A stretch of DNA of 60,346 nucleotides from a virus (Duplodnaviria > Heunggongvirae > Uroviricota > Caudoviricetes), in the IMG/VR virus record IMGVR_UViG_3300045988_141393; one strand, 5' to 3'. A program made the translations under genes and the position numbers. The notes beneath the pieces were generated by a model that ran no database searches, had not been told where the DNA came from, and saw only the letters and a list, made by a program, of their open reading frames with translations. Position 1 is the first letter of the stretch; every line of letters begins with the position of its first letter. This document shows positions 10,622 through 20,297 of the stretch, piece after piece.

Positions 10622-10818
10622 TGGACATCATGCAGGCGGTAAAAAAAATCAGGGAAGGACAGGCTGAAGTGTGCCGCCGTAAAGCATGGAGTGTTGGTGT
10701 ATGGGCCTGGCCTGATAATTACTCTACTACCGGATGGTTTTGTATTAATGGACTCCAGATCCGGGAAGTTGATTTATCGACGGCTGATATAGTCGGTAAT
10801 GATTGGATCGTGACTTGA
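10618..10818 (+). CDS. DUF2829-like small protein (Tad2-type fold candidate)
   Basis: 66 aa; VCRRKAW ... DIVGNDWIVT; homologous to the C-terminal extension fused to the second Ant copy. Confidence 0.4.
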   Translation: MMDIMQAVKKIREGQAEVCRRKAWSVGVWAWPDNYSTTGWFCINGLQIREVDLSTADIVGNDWIVT

Positions 10819-10826
10819 AGCGTGAT

Positions 10827-10851
10827 GCCCCGGCCTGGCCGGGGCTTTTTT
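10827..10851. terminator. Bidirectional hairpin terminator between convergent genes
   Basis: GCCCCGG-cctgg-CCGGGGC followed by TTTTTT. Confidence 0.5.
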
Positions 10852-11336
10852 CATGCCTCATTAGTTGAGGTTGCTGCGTCTCCGACTGGTAACAGAGCGG
10901 TATTGTGTGGTTCGCCAGCAGGCCAGCGATAGCCAGACACTCTTGATGTTGGGAATGCGCGAATATTAACCGCATCCCCCTGGTTCCCACCCAAGACAAG
11001 CAGATCGCCATTGGCGCGGCGTCCGACAACGAAGCCTACGTGCCCACCGCCTACGCGGGTAAATACAACGATACATCCGTATGCCGGTGTATCTAATTTC
11101 TCGCCCCAATCCAGATAGGATTTTGCCGACTCAAATCTTGTTGAGCGGATGCCTACACGTTCCAGCATTGCACCGACAAATGCTGCGCACCACGGCGTTT
11201 CATCGTCTTTAATTCCGCCGCGCTTGATGTCGCGCCAGAACTGAACGATTTCAGGGTTGTGTTTAGCGCCTTTTATTTCAGTCAGGCCAATGTGCTTACG
11301 GGCTTCAATTAGCCAGCGAGGTTCAATGTTTGCCAT
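10851..11336 (-). CDS. Cell-wall hydrolase-like protein (TIGR02594-type signature)
   Basis: 161 aa; IGLTEIKGAKHNPEIVQFW ... PWCAAFV motif typical of this phage hydrolase family. Confidence 0.5.
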   Translation of the reverse strand: MANIEPRWLIEARKHIGLTEIKGAKHNPEIVQFWRDIKRGGIKDDETPWCAAFVGAMLERVGIRSTRFESAKSYLDWGEKLDTPAYGCIVVFTRVGGGHVGFVVGRRANGDLLVLGGNQGDAVNIRAFPTSRVSGYRWPAGEPHNTALLPVGDAATSTNEA

Positions 11337-11487
11337 ATTTTTCTCCCGGTAATGGGTTAATAAGTAGGCAAACTATGGGGAGTATGTGATTTTGACGGTA
11401 GTATCGTCCCCCTGAAAATAACATTCTCCATACCCTCTCAACCGTACCGCATAGCGGAATTTTTTACGGTTTAGAGGGGGAAATCCT

Positions 11488-14400
11488 TTGGACAAACTAC
11501 TTCATTCAATCAGTGAAGCCTCCAGCTTAGGCGAACTGATTGAAATTGTTAGTCGGTTGCATAAATTACGTGCTGTTGCGACCTTTGGCGTCAGGAAAGC
11601 CGATGGCGTCAGTATTCAGAAAACACGCCGGGCAGCAAACAATGCCGCAGTAAATCTTCTTAATTCCCTTCCGCCCGGCTTCGATGGGGCGAAATTAACT
11701 GACGAACAACGTCAGATTCTTGCCGGGTATACCGGTGAAGGCGGCCTGACAGATGGTGAGGGCAGCCAATACGAATACTACACGCCACAGTTTATGGCTG
11801 AAGGTATATGGGATCTGTTTGCTGACTACGGTATTGATGGCGGGCACGTACTGGAACCATCAGCGGGCACAGGTATTTTCCAGGAGACAAAACGGCAGGG
11901 CATGATAATGACCAGCGCCGAACTGTCTCCGATTTCCGGTCGAATAAACCAGCTTTTGCACCCGGAAGACGATGTGAATATCGGGGCGTTTGAGGCGCTG
12001 GCGGCGAAAGACGCAATGTATGATCACGCTGTAGGTAACGTACCGTTTGGTGAAGGGCGTTCCGGTGTCGCCGGGCTTGATCCGGCATATGCAAACGAGA
12101 AGAACGTTGGCAATTACTTTGTGCTGCGCACGATCGACAAGGTTAAGCCTGGTGGGCTTATCGTATTGGTGGTGCCGAATGGCATGACCGATGGTGCGAA
12201 ATATAAAAAATTGCGCGATAAAGTCAGCCGTAAAGCGGAATTTTTGGGCGCACATCGTATGCCTTCTGGTACGTTCAGCGAATCCGGTACAGATACCGTG
12301 GTGGACGTATGGGTATTGCGTAAACACCCGGAAACCTTCCTGGAGATGATCCCCGACACGGATGATTCAACACTCAAATCGGCAAACGTCCTTTGGGATA
12401 CCTTCCTCAAAGGAAAATGGTTTACAACCGAAGGGAAGCGATTTGTTTACGGCGACATGGAACGTACCAGCTTCCGCAATACCCTGGTGGTGAAAAAAGA
12501 CGGTCGTGTATCCAATGAGTCGATGAAAACCGCGCTATCTCGTCGCTTTGATAGTCGCATCAATTGGGATTTGCTCGGCGTAACTACTCAGGCATGGCAG
12601 GGCGCGAAAGTGGGCGATAAACGCCTTGTAGGCGGTATCTGGCATGAGTTTGATGGTCTGAAATGGGTTAAGGACACGACAACCAAATCCTCCGCGCTTG
12701 ATGTAAGTCGATATGGTGTTTCGACGTTTGGCGATCTGCAGATCGCGTTCCAGTCAACAAACGGGATTCTGGCTTTGTCATGGGACCAGATATCGGCGAT
12801 CGCGTCCGACTATCCATCGGTTGTCAGTGATGAAGTGGCAGCAATGATTCGCTTTGCTGGCAAGCAGCGAGAAAAAGACAGGGAGCGCGTTATGCGCGGT
12901 GCGCTGATAGGTCAGTTGATCAACAAGGCACTTGATTTGCGTAACCTGGGTGTGAACGTTGATGACAAACTGGCAGATGCATCCCGCCTGGCGGCAGCAG
13001 AAGTTGCGAAGTATGGACCACCGCACGCCATTAAGCTGAATGGGCTTGCTGAAGCTGGCGCTAAAAACTGGATGACGTTCACTGGCAATGTGAAACAGGA
13101 TGGTTCCACTTCTGACCTTCTGGCAGGGCGACTTGATGTAACGGATGGTGCTGCCGGTATTGACTTTACACGTCCTGAACAAGTGATAGCACATCTTTTC
13201 AGTGATGTAGCCCTTAATCCTATAACGCTGGGAGACTTTCGTGAGGCGTTTGCTGGTGAACTGCCAGAGGACGACGACGCGGCCCTTGAATACCTGGCGA
13301 AATTTGATGATATCGCTATTGATGGGTATGGCTGCCTGCTGCCGATGGACCGCGCCACCAGCGGCGATATTGCAACCAAAACAGCATTGCTGATGGGCTG
13401 GCGTGATGCGTCAACAGGTGAGCAGAAAGCGAACTTTGAGCGTCAGTTGGCGAAAATCGAAGAGAAACGTATTTTCACGCCACTAAATAAAGTCACCGTT
13501 AATCTGAATGCCCGCTGGCTGGATCGCCGCTTGATAAAAGAGTTCCTGGCAGAGCAGGGCTATGACGAGTTTAAGTACACTGAACCTGATCTGAAGGTCG
13601 TCGATGGCATTCTGGTATCTCCGGACGATTACGAAGGTAAGGACGGGGTATTTACCGGCTATCAGCTACGAACCGTAAACGGCAAAAACGGGAATGAGTT
13701 CAAGAAGGCCAACAATAAAGACGGCTTCCTGAACCAGTTAGAAAACTACCTGAACGGTGTTAAACCGCGTGGGCAGAACGCTAACGAGTACCTGGATAAA
13801 ATTGCTCAACTGGAAGTTAGTTTTAACGACTGGTTACGCACTCACCCGCAGGCTGATCAGATAGCCCGCGAGTATAACGACGCATTCAATGGTTTCATTC
13901 CGTTCACGCATTCTGACGCACCGCTTGGCCTGGAAGGGCTTAGTGGAAAGCGCATTCCTCTTACTTATCAGAATGAAGAAGTTCGGCGCTTGTCAGAAGA
14001 TGGGCGCGGCATCATGGGATTTGGTACCGGGCTGGGTAAAACCACGACCGCGCTTGCGCTTGAGGCGTATAACTTCGAAACAGGTCGCACTAAACGCACG
14101 TGTATTGTTGTTCCGAAGGCGGTTTATCAGAACTGGTATCACGAGGCACAGAGTTTCTACAGTGCTGATGCCTTCGCCAATATGATGTTTATCGGTTTGG
14201 ATGAAGTTCGTGATGACAGCGGAAATATTCTGACCGCGCCGGTGCTTGATGAAAATGGCGAACCACGCCTCGACAGTAACGGGCAGCCTCTTACCAGAAA
14301 TGTTGTGAAAGAGTCCGCCAGCGCCGTTATCGTTCAGCGCATGAACATGATCCCGTCGTCAAATTGGCGAACGGTCATCATGACAAAAGAACAATTCGCG

Positions 14401-17400
14401 TCTATCCCGCTACGAGAAAAAACCATCGAGGAGAACTCACAGCAAGCTGTCTTTAATGCTGTGGAAATGGGGCGTCTTGACCTGGCGTCCGGTAAACACC
14501 GTGATGCGCAGAAGAAGAACAAGATTAAGGATCAGGCCGCGAATACCGGTACAACGAAGAAGCAGAATATCCCGTACTTTGAGGATATGAACTTCGATAG
14601 CGTGATTGCCGACGAGGGGCATAACTACCGCAACTCCTTTAATGCCGGGCGTGAAGCGGGACAACTGGCATATTTGCCTAACCCGGCAGTATCCAAGATG
14701 GCCCGCGACATGGCTGTAAAAGCTGCGTACATGATGAAACGCAACAACGGGCGTGGTGTAGTCATGCTGACGGCAACTCCGCTGGTGAACAGTCCGATTG
14801 ATGCCTTCAACATGCTGTCTACTGTCATTCCGCAGGAAGAGTGGATGCGCATGGGCATCATTACGCCTGATGATTTCGTTCGTGTGTTTGGCAAAACAGC
14901 CACAGTTCAGGTCCAGAAAATTTCCGGGGAAGTGGAAGAGAAGCAGGGGCTGGTGGGCTTCCAGAACCTTGACGGCCTGCGTGGTATTTTCCATCGTTGG
15001 ACCACTCTGAAGACTGCTGCAGATGTCGGAGCAACGGTTAAAATTCCCGACATCATTGAGAACACCTTGCAGATCCCGATGACAGGGGAGCAGGAGACTG
15101 CTTATGAAGAGCTTCGTAAGCGTGCTCAGGAGTTAAGTCGCAATGATGAGCTGACAGTCGATGAAAACGGGCATATCACTAACGACAAACCGGATGATTT
15201 CATCTTCTCCATCATCCGTGACATGGACAAGGTTGCTATAGACCCGGATCTGTATGCCAGTGCGATTACATTCCAGTTCCCCGTTGAGCTTGCAGACCAG
15301 GTAAAAGCTATTGCTGATGCCTTGCCAAAAGTAGCTGGCGGTAAAGTGGCAGATGATGTTGATGAGGCCGAGGAAGACGGCGCTGGCGGGCTGGTCAGTA
15401 CGCGTACCAGCAAGGTAGTGAAGACCGCTTTTAGTGAACATCCGACGCATGTTGAAATACGTGCCAGCATTGAACTGGAAGCTGAAATACTTAAGGCCAT
15501 TGCGGCTGCCGGTATTGATATGCAGCAGGTATCGCACCCCATCCCGCCGAAGTATGCCGCGCTGATCGAAAATCTTCGTGAAGGTCTGAAGAACGGTAAG
15601 CAGATCGTCTTTATTGATGAAAAAGCCCAGCACCAGAAGCTGCGCCGTATTATCGCCAGTGCACTGCAAATGCCGGAGCAGGAGATTGGCATTATCAATG
15701 CGACGACAGTTAGCCAGGCTGGCGGCATCAAGCTGAAGAAGGTGAATAAGCCGACCGAACCTACTCCAAACAAAAACGGTGAATACAAAGAAGGGGCATG
15801 GGAAACCTACTACAGCAAACTTGCCCAATATGAGGATTATCTCTCAGCCAAAAATGATGCTGGCCTTGAGGGCATGGAAGGTATTGCCGCCGACTATAAC
15901 GAAGGTCGCACGCGCATCATAATCTGTAACAAGAAGGCTGAAGTAGGTATTAACCTGCACATCGGGACAACCGATATCCACCACCTGACACTACCCTGGA
16001 CACCAGCCAGTATCGACCAACGAAATGGGCGCGGTGCGCGCGTAGGTTCACCGCAAGAGAAGGTCAATGTTCACTACTATTGTGGCAAAGGCACATTCGA
16101 CGACTTCCGTCTGGATACGCTGAAACGTAAGAAAGACTGGATCAAGATGGTGATGACCTCCGACATGTCAGAGATCGCCAATGGTGATGCGGATGATGCT
16201 GATGAACGCGCCATTATGCTGGCGGCAAACCCGGAAGAACGCCGCGCAATCATGGCTCGCCAGGCTCAAGAGCGTGAAGAACGTCTGAAACTGAAAGCAC
16301 AGCGCGAGGCCAACAATGCTCTCGATATCTACCTGAAAGCGGCAAACGCCGCCGGAAAAGATATCGGCATGATGGAGACAGAACTGAAAAGCGCGATGGA
16401 ACAGATAGAGTATTACCAGCGCAATCTTGACGACCTGATAAAAGCGGGTACGAACAGGAATGGGCAAAAATACGCGCTTGAGCAGTTGAGTAGCTACAGA
16501 AAACGTGCGCGGGTGCTGAAGTTTGCGATCACCAGGGCAAAAGACGCGGATACCATAATGAAACGCTCTCGTGGTGATGTGGAGCGCGCTATTAAGTCTG
16601 GTGTGCTGGATATCAGTATCGATGTTATTCAGAACCCACAGGAATATATGCGCACTGACAAGAATATCCTGTTGCATAAAGGTAGTTATTACCGTGCAGT
16701 CATTGATGATCGCGAAACAACAGCGATTGTCCGGGTGGAAAAAATTGACGGTGAAAAAGCACAATACATCTGCCGTATCGCCTGGCTGGATAGAGCAAGT
16801 CGTTACGCTCGATCACCGGGGTCAATCGTTACATTGCCGTTTGACTCTGTGATTGAAGCGGTAACTTTTGAAGAGGGGGTAGCTGAATCGCGCGCAACGG
16901 CTGCGCGTGGTGTTCAGTGCCACCAGCTATCAACGTCACTTACTCGCGATCAGTTCTATGATGCTATTCGTAACGGAGTAATGAAGGTCACTACAGGCCA
17001 GCCTGGTAGAGCATGGGGCGGTGAACCAGGTATTAAATACTGGGCCTATCGCACCGATGATGGTCAGATCGCGCTGTCATCGACCTATGATGGCATGATA
17101 GGACAGAAAATCGGGCGTACATCGGATATTGCACCAGAGCAGTGGATTTACCCTGATATCAACAATGAGGCGCTGAAGCGTGAAGTGGCAAAAATACAAG
17201 CCAGTGATAATCCGCTGAATATCGTGGACGGAGAGGGATTCCTCCAGGCATTGTATGGGTATGATTACATCCAGGGAATGCAGGCATGGGGCGCACAAGC
17301 AACGATGGATGATGTTGCCCAGGAGTTCGAAAACTGGATGGCTGGGCGTGGTCTGTCAGGTCGCTCGCTTAATAAAGTCACTTCTGAAGATATTCTTAGC

Positions 17401-18324
17401 TTGTTCCGCAAACCGTCCGGAGAAGGTCTGGAATCATTCTGGAGGACCGTGCTGGCATACCGTTTATTCCAGGGCAGGATGAAAGCCTTTAGCAATATCG
17501 ATGATATTGAACGGATGTTTAATCAGGTCAAGATAGCGAAAATTAAGACGAAGATCGAAAAAACACGTTCTGCGCTGGTGGCCTGGCGCGATGCATTGTT
17601 TGAGCAATATAAATCACTCAGTGATGCAGATGGATGGGCGGCATTGGAACAGCTGGCGAATAATGGGGTAGATGGAGCGAAACTCGCCATTGTTCAGGCT
17701 GATAACCCCCTGGAATCACCGGCAGCACAGTGGATTAAGGTGGGGGCTGTCATCAATGCATTTGATGAAAAATACATTAGTAAGGACGATTTTGCTGATG
17801 CTGTTTCTGTTAATCGCCTGGTAGAAATGGCTACCCGCCGCGCCCGTGAGTTGAAAGACGGCGACTATGTGAATGAGTTGCCGGATACGCTCAAATCGGC
17901 AACGTGGCAGGACTATGTATCGCTGAAAAACGGCGGGGCCACTGAATCAGAGATCGCGGAAAGGCTTGAGCAGGCTGAAAGCAAAAGAGAAGAGCAGGCG
18001 GCAGTGGCTGAAGCCAGAGCTGATGAAGCGGCGAATGATGACTATATCATTGTGGTTAATGATAAGCCGATTCGCGCTAAGGCGCGTGTTCGCGGGCGCT
18101 GGTGGAGCGTCAGCGAGGACGTTGGCGCGGTTTATCTCATTGCCGACCAACCAGGTTCCTCGACAATACGGAACGCCAAAGACGCGATTAAGAAGATTGG
18201 CGGGCGTTTCTGGAATTTTGAAGCAAACCCGGTTGCTGATGTGAACTTTGACCGTCCTGCATGGATGGTATCTACGCGTTACTCGGTAGATGAACTGCGT
18301 AAAATAATCGCCGATGCGGCCTAA
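11488..18324 (+). CDS. darB: DarB-like giant antirestriction protein (N6-adenine methyltransferase + SF2 helicase domains)
   Basis: 2278 aa single ORF (TTG start after GAGGGGGA RBS); methyltransferase motif GNVPFG; helicase motifs GFGTGLGKTTTA, DEGHNYRN, QRNGRGAR; size and architecture match P1 DarB (about 2255 aa). Confidence 0.7.
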   Translation: MDKLLHSISEASSLGELIEIVSRLHKLRAVATFGVRKADGVSIQKTRRAANNAAVNLLNSLPPGFDGAKLTDEQRQILAGYTGEGGLTDGEGSQYEYYTPQFMAEGIWDLFADYGIDGGHVLEPSAGTGIFQETKRQGMIMTSAELSPISGRINQLLHPEDDVNIGAFEALAAKDAMYDHAVGNVPFGEGRSGVAGLDPAYANEKNVGNYFVLRTIDKVKPGGLIVLVVPNGMTDGAKYKKLRDKVSRKAEFLGAHRMPSGTFSESGTDTVVDVWVLRKHPETFLEMIPDTDDSTLKSANVLWDTFLKGKWFTTEGKRFVYGDMERTSFRNTLVVKKDGRVSNESMKTALSRRFDSRINWDLLGVTTQAWQGAKVGDKRLVGGIWHEFDGLKWVKDTTTKSSALDVSRYGVSTFGDLQIAFQSTNGILALSWDQISAIASDYPSVVSDEVAAMIRFAGKQREKDRERVMRGALIGQLINKALDLRNLGVNVDDKLADASRLAAAEVAKYGPPHAIKLNGLAEAGAKNWMTFTGNVKQDGSTSDLLAGRLDVTDGAAGIDFTRPEQVIAHLFSDVALNPITLGDFREAFAGELPEDDDAALEYLAKFDDIAIDGYGCLLPMDRATSGDIATKTALLMGWRDASTGEQKANFERQLAKIEEKRIFTPLNKVTVNLNARWLDRRLIKEFLAEQGYDEFKYTEPDLKVVDGILVSPDDYEGKDGVFTGYQLRTVNGKNGNEFKKANNKDGFLNQLENYLNGVKPRGQNANEYLDKIAQLEVSFNDWLRTHPQADQIAREYNDAFNGFIPFTHSDAPLGLEGLSGKRIPLTYQNEEVRRLSEDGRGIMGFGTGLGKTTTALALEAYNFETGRTKRTCIVVPKAVYQNWYHEAQSFYSADAFANMMFIGLDEVRDDSGNILTAPVLDENGEPRLDSNGQPLTRNVVKESASAVIVQRMNMIPSSNWRTVIMTKEQFASIPLREKTIEENSQQAVFNAVEMGRLDLASGKHRDAQKKNKIKDQAANTGTTKKQNIPYFEDMNFDSVIADEGHNYRNSFNAGREAGQLAYLPNPAVSKMARDMAVKAAYMMKRNNGRGVVMLTATPLVNSPIDAFNMLSTVIPQEEWMRMGIITPDDFVRVFGKTATVQVQKISGEVEEKQGLVGFQNLDGLRGIFHRWTTLKTAADVGATVKIPDIIENTLQIPMTGEQETAYEELRKRAQELSRNDELTVDENGHITNDKPDDFIFSIIRDMDKVAIDPDLYASAITFQFPVELADQVKAIADALPKVAGGKVADDVDEAEEDGAGGLVSTRTSKVVKTAFSEHPTHVEIRASIELEAEILKAIAAAGIDMQQVSHPIPPKYAALIENLREGLKNGKQIVFIDEKAQHQKLRRIIASALQMPEQEIGIINATTVSQAGGIKLKKVNKPTEPTPNKNGEYKEGAWETYYSKLAQYEDYLSAKNDAGLEGMEGIAADYNEGRTRIIICNKKAEVGINLHIGTTDIHHLTLPWTPASIDQRNGRGARVGSPQEKVNVHYYCGKGTFDDFRLDTLKRKKDWIKMVMTSDMSEIANGDADDADERAIMLAANPEERRAIMARQAQEREERLKLKAQREANNALDIYLKAANAAGKDIGMMETELKSAMEQIEYYQRNLDDLIKAGTNRNGQKYALEQLSSYRKRARVLKFAITRAKDADTIMKRSRGDVERAIKSGVLDISIDVIQNPQEYMRTDKNILLHKGSYYRAVIDDRETTAIVRVEKIDGEKAQYICRIAWLDRASRYARSPGSIVTLPFDSVIEAVTFEEGVAESRATAARGVQCHQLSTSLTRDQFYDAIRNGVMKVTTGQPGRAWGGEPGIKYWAYRTDDGQIALSSTYDGMIGQKIGRTSDIAPEQWIYPDINNEALKREVAKIQASDNPLNIVDGEGFLQALYGYDYIQGMQAWGAQATMDDVAQEFENWMAGRGLSGRSLNKVTSEDILSLFRKPSGEGLESFWRTVLAYRLFQGRMKAFSNIDDIERMFNQVKIAKIKTKIEKTRSALVAWRDALFEQYKSLSDADGWAALEQLANNGVDGAKLAIVQADNPLESPAAQWIKVGAVINAFDEKYISKDDFADAVSVNRLVEMATRRARELKDGDYVNELPDTLKSATWQDYVSLKNGGATESEIAERLEQAESKREEQAAVAEARADEAANDDYIIVVNDKPIRAKARVRGRWWSVSEDVGAVYLIADQPGSSTIRNAKDAIKKIGGRFWNFEANPVADVNFDRPAWMVSTRYSVDELRKIIADAA

Positions 18325-18360
18325 CAGATAAGGAGCGGCCCCAACCGGGGCCGAATTTGA

Positions 18361-18795
18361 ATGACGACATTAATTGACACTGTAAAACCGACGGAATCCT
18401 ACCTTGAGGACATTTTGCCGCAGGCGCTCAATGGCAGGAGTGAAGAAGAATACCTGACAGTTTATCTTGATGGCATGGTAGAAAGACTGAAGAAAAATCC
18501 ACAGCTTTATCACCTTTATGGGCCGTGGTGGCCTGCGCTTAAAACGTTATTGCTGGAGCGCGGCGACATATCATTTGGACAAGTTGTAGATAGTGATGTG
18601 GCAGAGATCTACAAAATGAGTCGCCCGGCGCTTACGGTTTTGGCTGGGCATCTGTATTCGAGCGATCGCCTGGGAAATGACGCGGTATACAATCCCGTTC
18701 ATGCTCTGGAAGTCGCACCTTATGCTGATGATACAGAGCCATACGTGTACATAAGTTACGACGAGTCTATAGAGAAATATCGAATCATGGGGTAG
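18361..18795 (+). CDS. Hypothetical protein
   Basis: 144 aa ORF. Confidence 0.35.
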   Translation: MTTLIDTVKPTESYLEDILPQALNGRSEEEYLTVYLDGMVERLKKNPQLYHLYGPWWPALKTLLLERGDISFGQVVDSDVAEIYKMSRPALTVLAGHLYSSDRLGNDAVYNPVHALEVAPYADDTEPYVYISYDESIEKYRIMG

Positions 18796-18797
18796 CC

Positions 18798-19058
18798 ATG
18801 CGAAAGAATCGTAGGTTTACGGTCGAAGACCTAAAGGAATATTCCATATCGAAGGGGTATATCCTTGAGTTCCACCGATACAAGAAGGTTTTTACGCTGC
18901 GAAAAGCAGAAAACCCTGCGAACTGGAGCTGGATATACTTTCCTCACACCGATGATAAGTTGGTAGAACTTGTTGATGATTTAACCTATGAAGGTTGGTT
19001 GATCGCAATCGACAAGACAATCAAAGAATTATCCGAACAGGATAAAATAACCCTTTAA
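18798..19058 (+). CDS. Hypothetical protein
   Basis: 86 aa ORF tightly following upstream gene. Confidence 0.3.
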   Translation: MRKNRRFTVEDLKEYSISKGYILEFHRYKKVFTLRKAENPANWSWIYFPHTDDKLVELVDDLTYEGWLIAIDKTIKELSEQDKITL

Positions 19059-19379
19059 AAATAACAGGTTGGGTAAATGCCATGCGATTTACCCTCCTTG
19101 TTGATTAAGGTCACTCTTTACTCTAAAAGCAAATCCGACCTGTTGCATATAGACCATCCTTGAGTAGTATCTCTCTTGTTTTACAAATCTAACGTTGTTG
19201 TTATTATTTCGCATATTTACTATCAATGGGTGTGTTAGAAAATAGCGCGAAAGAGAAGGCGTCGCAGTGAATATTCTGAAACATCCCCACATGCCGCAGC
19301 TCTTAGAGAACTGGAGAAAAACCCAGATCTAATCAAAAGGAACCATGAGCATTACGAGCAGGTTCGCGTCCTGGACTGG

Positions 19380-19688
19380 TTGTATCGCAATATGCGTTAT
19401 GTGTATGAGCATACTCACGCCACTCCAAACGGTGGCCTGCGAGGCATAAGGACGGCAATAAAAATGGTGGCAGAGGGCCAAAAGAAGGGATATCCCGATC
19501 TTTCTATAGACCTTGCTTGTGGGGGATACCACGGAATGCGCATTGAGATGAAACATGGGAGAAATCGCCTGACTCCCGAACAACTCGTCTGGATGACCCG
19601 CCTCACTGAAGCCGGTTACTACTGCTTTGAGGCGCGCAGTGCCGCTGAAGCCATAAAAGCTATCACGGAGTATGTTTGTCTTGATTAA
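19380..19688 (+). CDS. VRR-NUC-like nuclease domain protein
   Basis: About 100 aa; GYPDL ... GG-HGMRIEMK motif typical of VRR-NUC (PD-(D/E)xK) proteins; TTG or ATG start. Confidence 0.45.
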   Translation: MYRNMRYVYEHTHATPNGGLRGIRTAIKMVAEGQKKGYPDLSIDLACGGYHGMRIEMKHGRNRLTPEQLVWMTRLTEAGYYCFEARSAAEAIKAITEYVCLD

Positions 19689-19702
19689 ACGGAGAAATCG
19701 TT

Positions 19703-19903
19703 TTGCGTTTACTTAACGTGGCAGAACTTATCCCTGCAGGAACTAATGCTATCGCTCGTCGTCGCTCATGGCAGCAGGCTCTATGTATTGAGATCTCGAA
19801 ACGTATCAATGGAAGTTTTGAAGCTCGCAATATTGTTACTGGCGATAAGGTTCACATAACCCCGGAAAGTGCAAGCGCTGATGATTGGGAGTTTGTACAT
19901 TGA
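19703..19903 (+). CDS. DUF2829-like small protein
   Basis: 66 aa; IARRRSW ... ADDWEFVH. Confidence 0.4.
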   Translation: MRLLNVAELIPAGTNAIARRRSWQQALCIEISKRINGSFEARNIVTGDKVHITPESASADDWEFVH

Positions 19904-20199
19904 GCAAAAAATATTATGTGAGTCTGGCGTTCGCTGACGATGCGGGGAGGACGCGGAGTATCACGTTGAGCACACCGGTTAAGGCTGTGACAGCGCCGTT
20001 AATCCGTGAAGCTCTCAGAGAGCTGGAATTGGGTGAAAACTCGGCACTGTTGTCGGTTAGTTGGTTAGGGAAAATGTCAGAGAAACAATACGTGGATGGA
20101 GTTACCCCAATAACAGTAATGAGGCTACTTTCATTGCTGCAATGGGCCATCGTACCTGTATTTATCGCGTATCTTATTTATCAGGCTGCAACACAGTAA
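19885..20199 (+). CDS. Hypothetical protein with C-terminal transmembrane helix
   Basis: 104 aa; hydrophobic C-terminus LLSLLQWAIVPVFIAYLIY. Confidence 0.3.
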   Translation: MGVCTLSKKYYVSLAFADDAGRTRSITLSTPVKAVTAPLIREALRELELGENSALLSVSWLGKMSEKQYVDGVTPITVMRLLSLLQWAIVPVFIAYLIYQAATQ

Positions 20200-20207
20200 T
20201 TGCATAA

Positions 20208-20232
20208 AAACCCGCCAATTAGCGGGTTTTTT
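20208..20232 (+). terminator. Rho-independent terminator
   Basis: AAACCCGC-caatta-GCGGGTTT followed by TTTT. Confidence 0.55.
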
Positions 20233-20274
20233 GTTTATTGCATCTTCCGGTACCGCCATCAAACTAATAAAATA

Positions 20275-20284
20275 TGTTAGAAAA
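20275..20284. promoter_or_regulatory. Recurrent TGTTAGAAA motif upstream of 20298 gene
   Basis: tgttagaaaa 14 bp upstream of ORF. Confidence 0.35.
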
Positions 20285-20297
20285 CTAATTTAACAAA

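Noticed and set aside
11792-17495. Numerous 60-230 aa ORFs on the minus strand inside the DarB-like gene (for example 15126..15788, 15133..15828, 16168..16764)
   Set aside because: All are antisense to a continuous 6.8-kb ORF with clear domain motifs; no independent support
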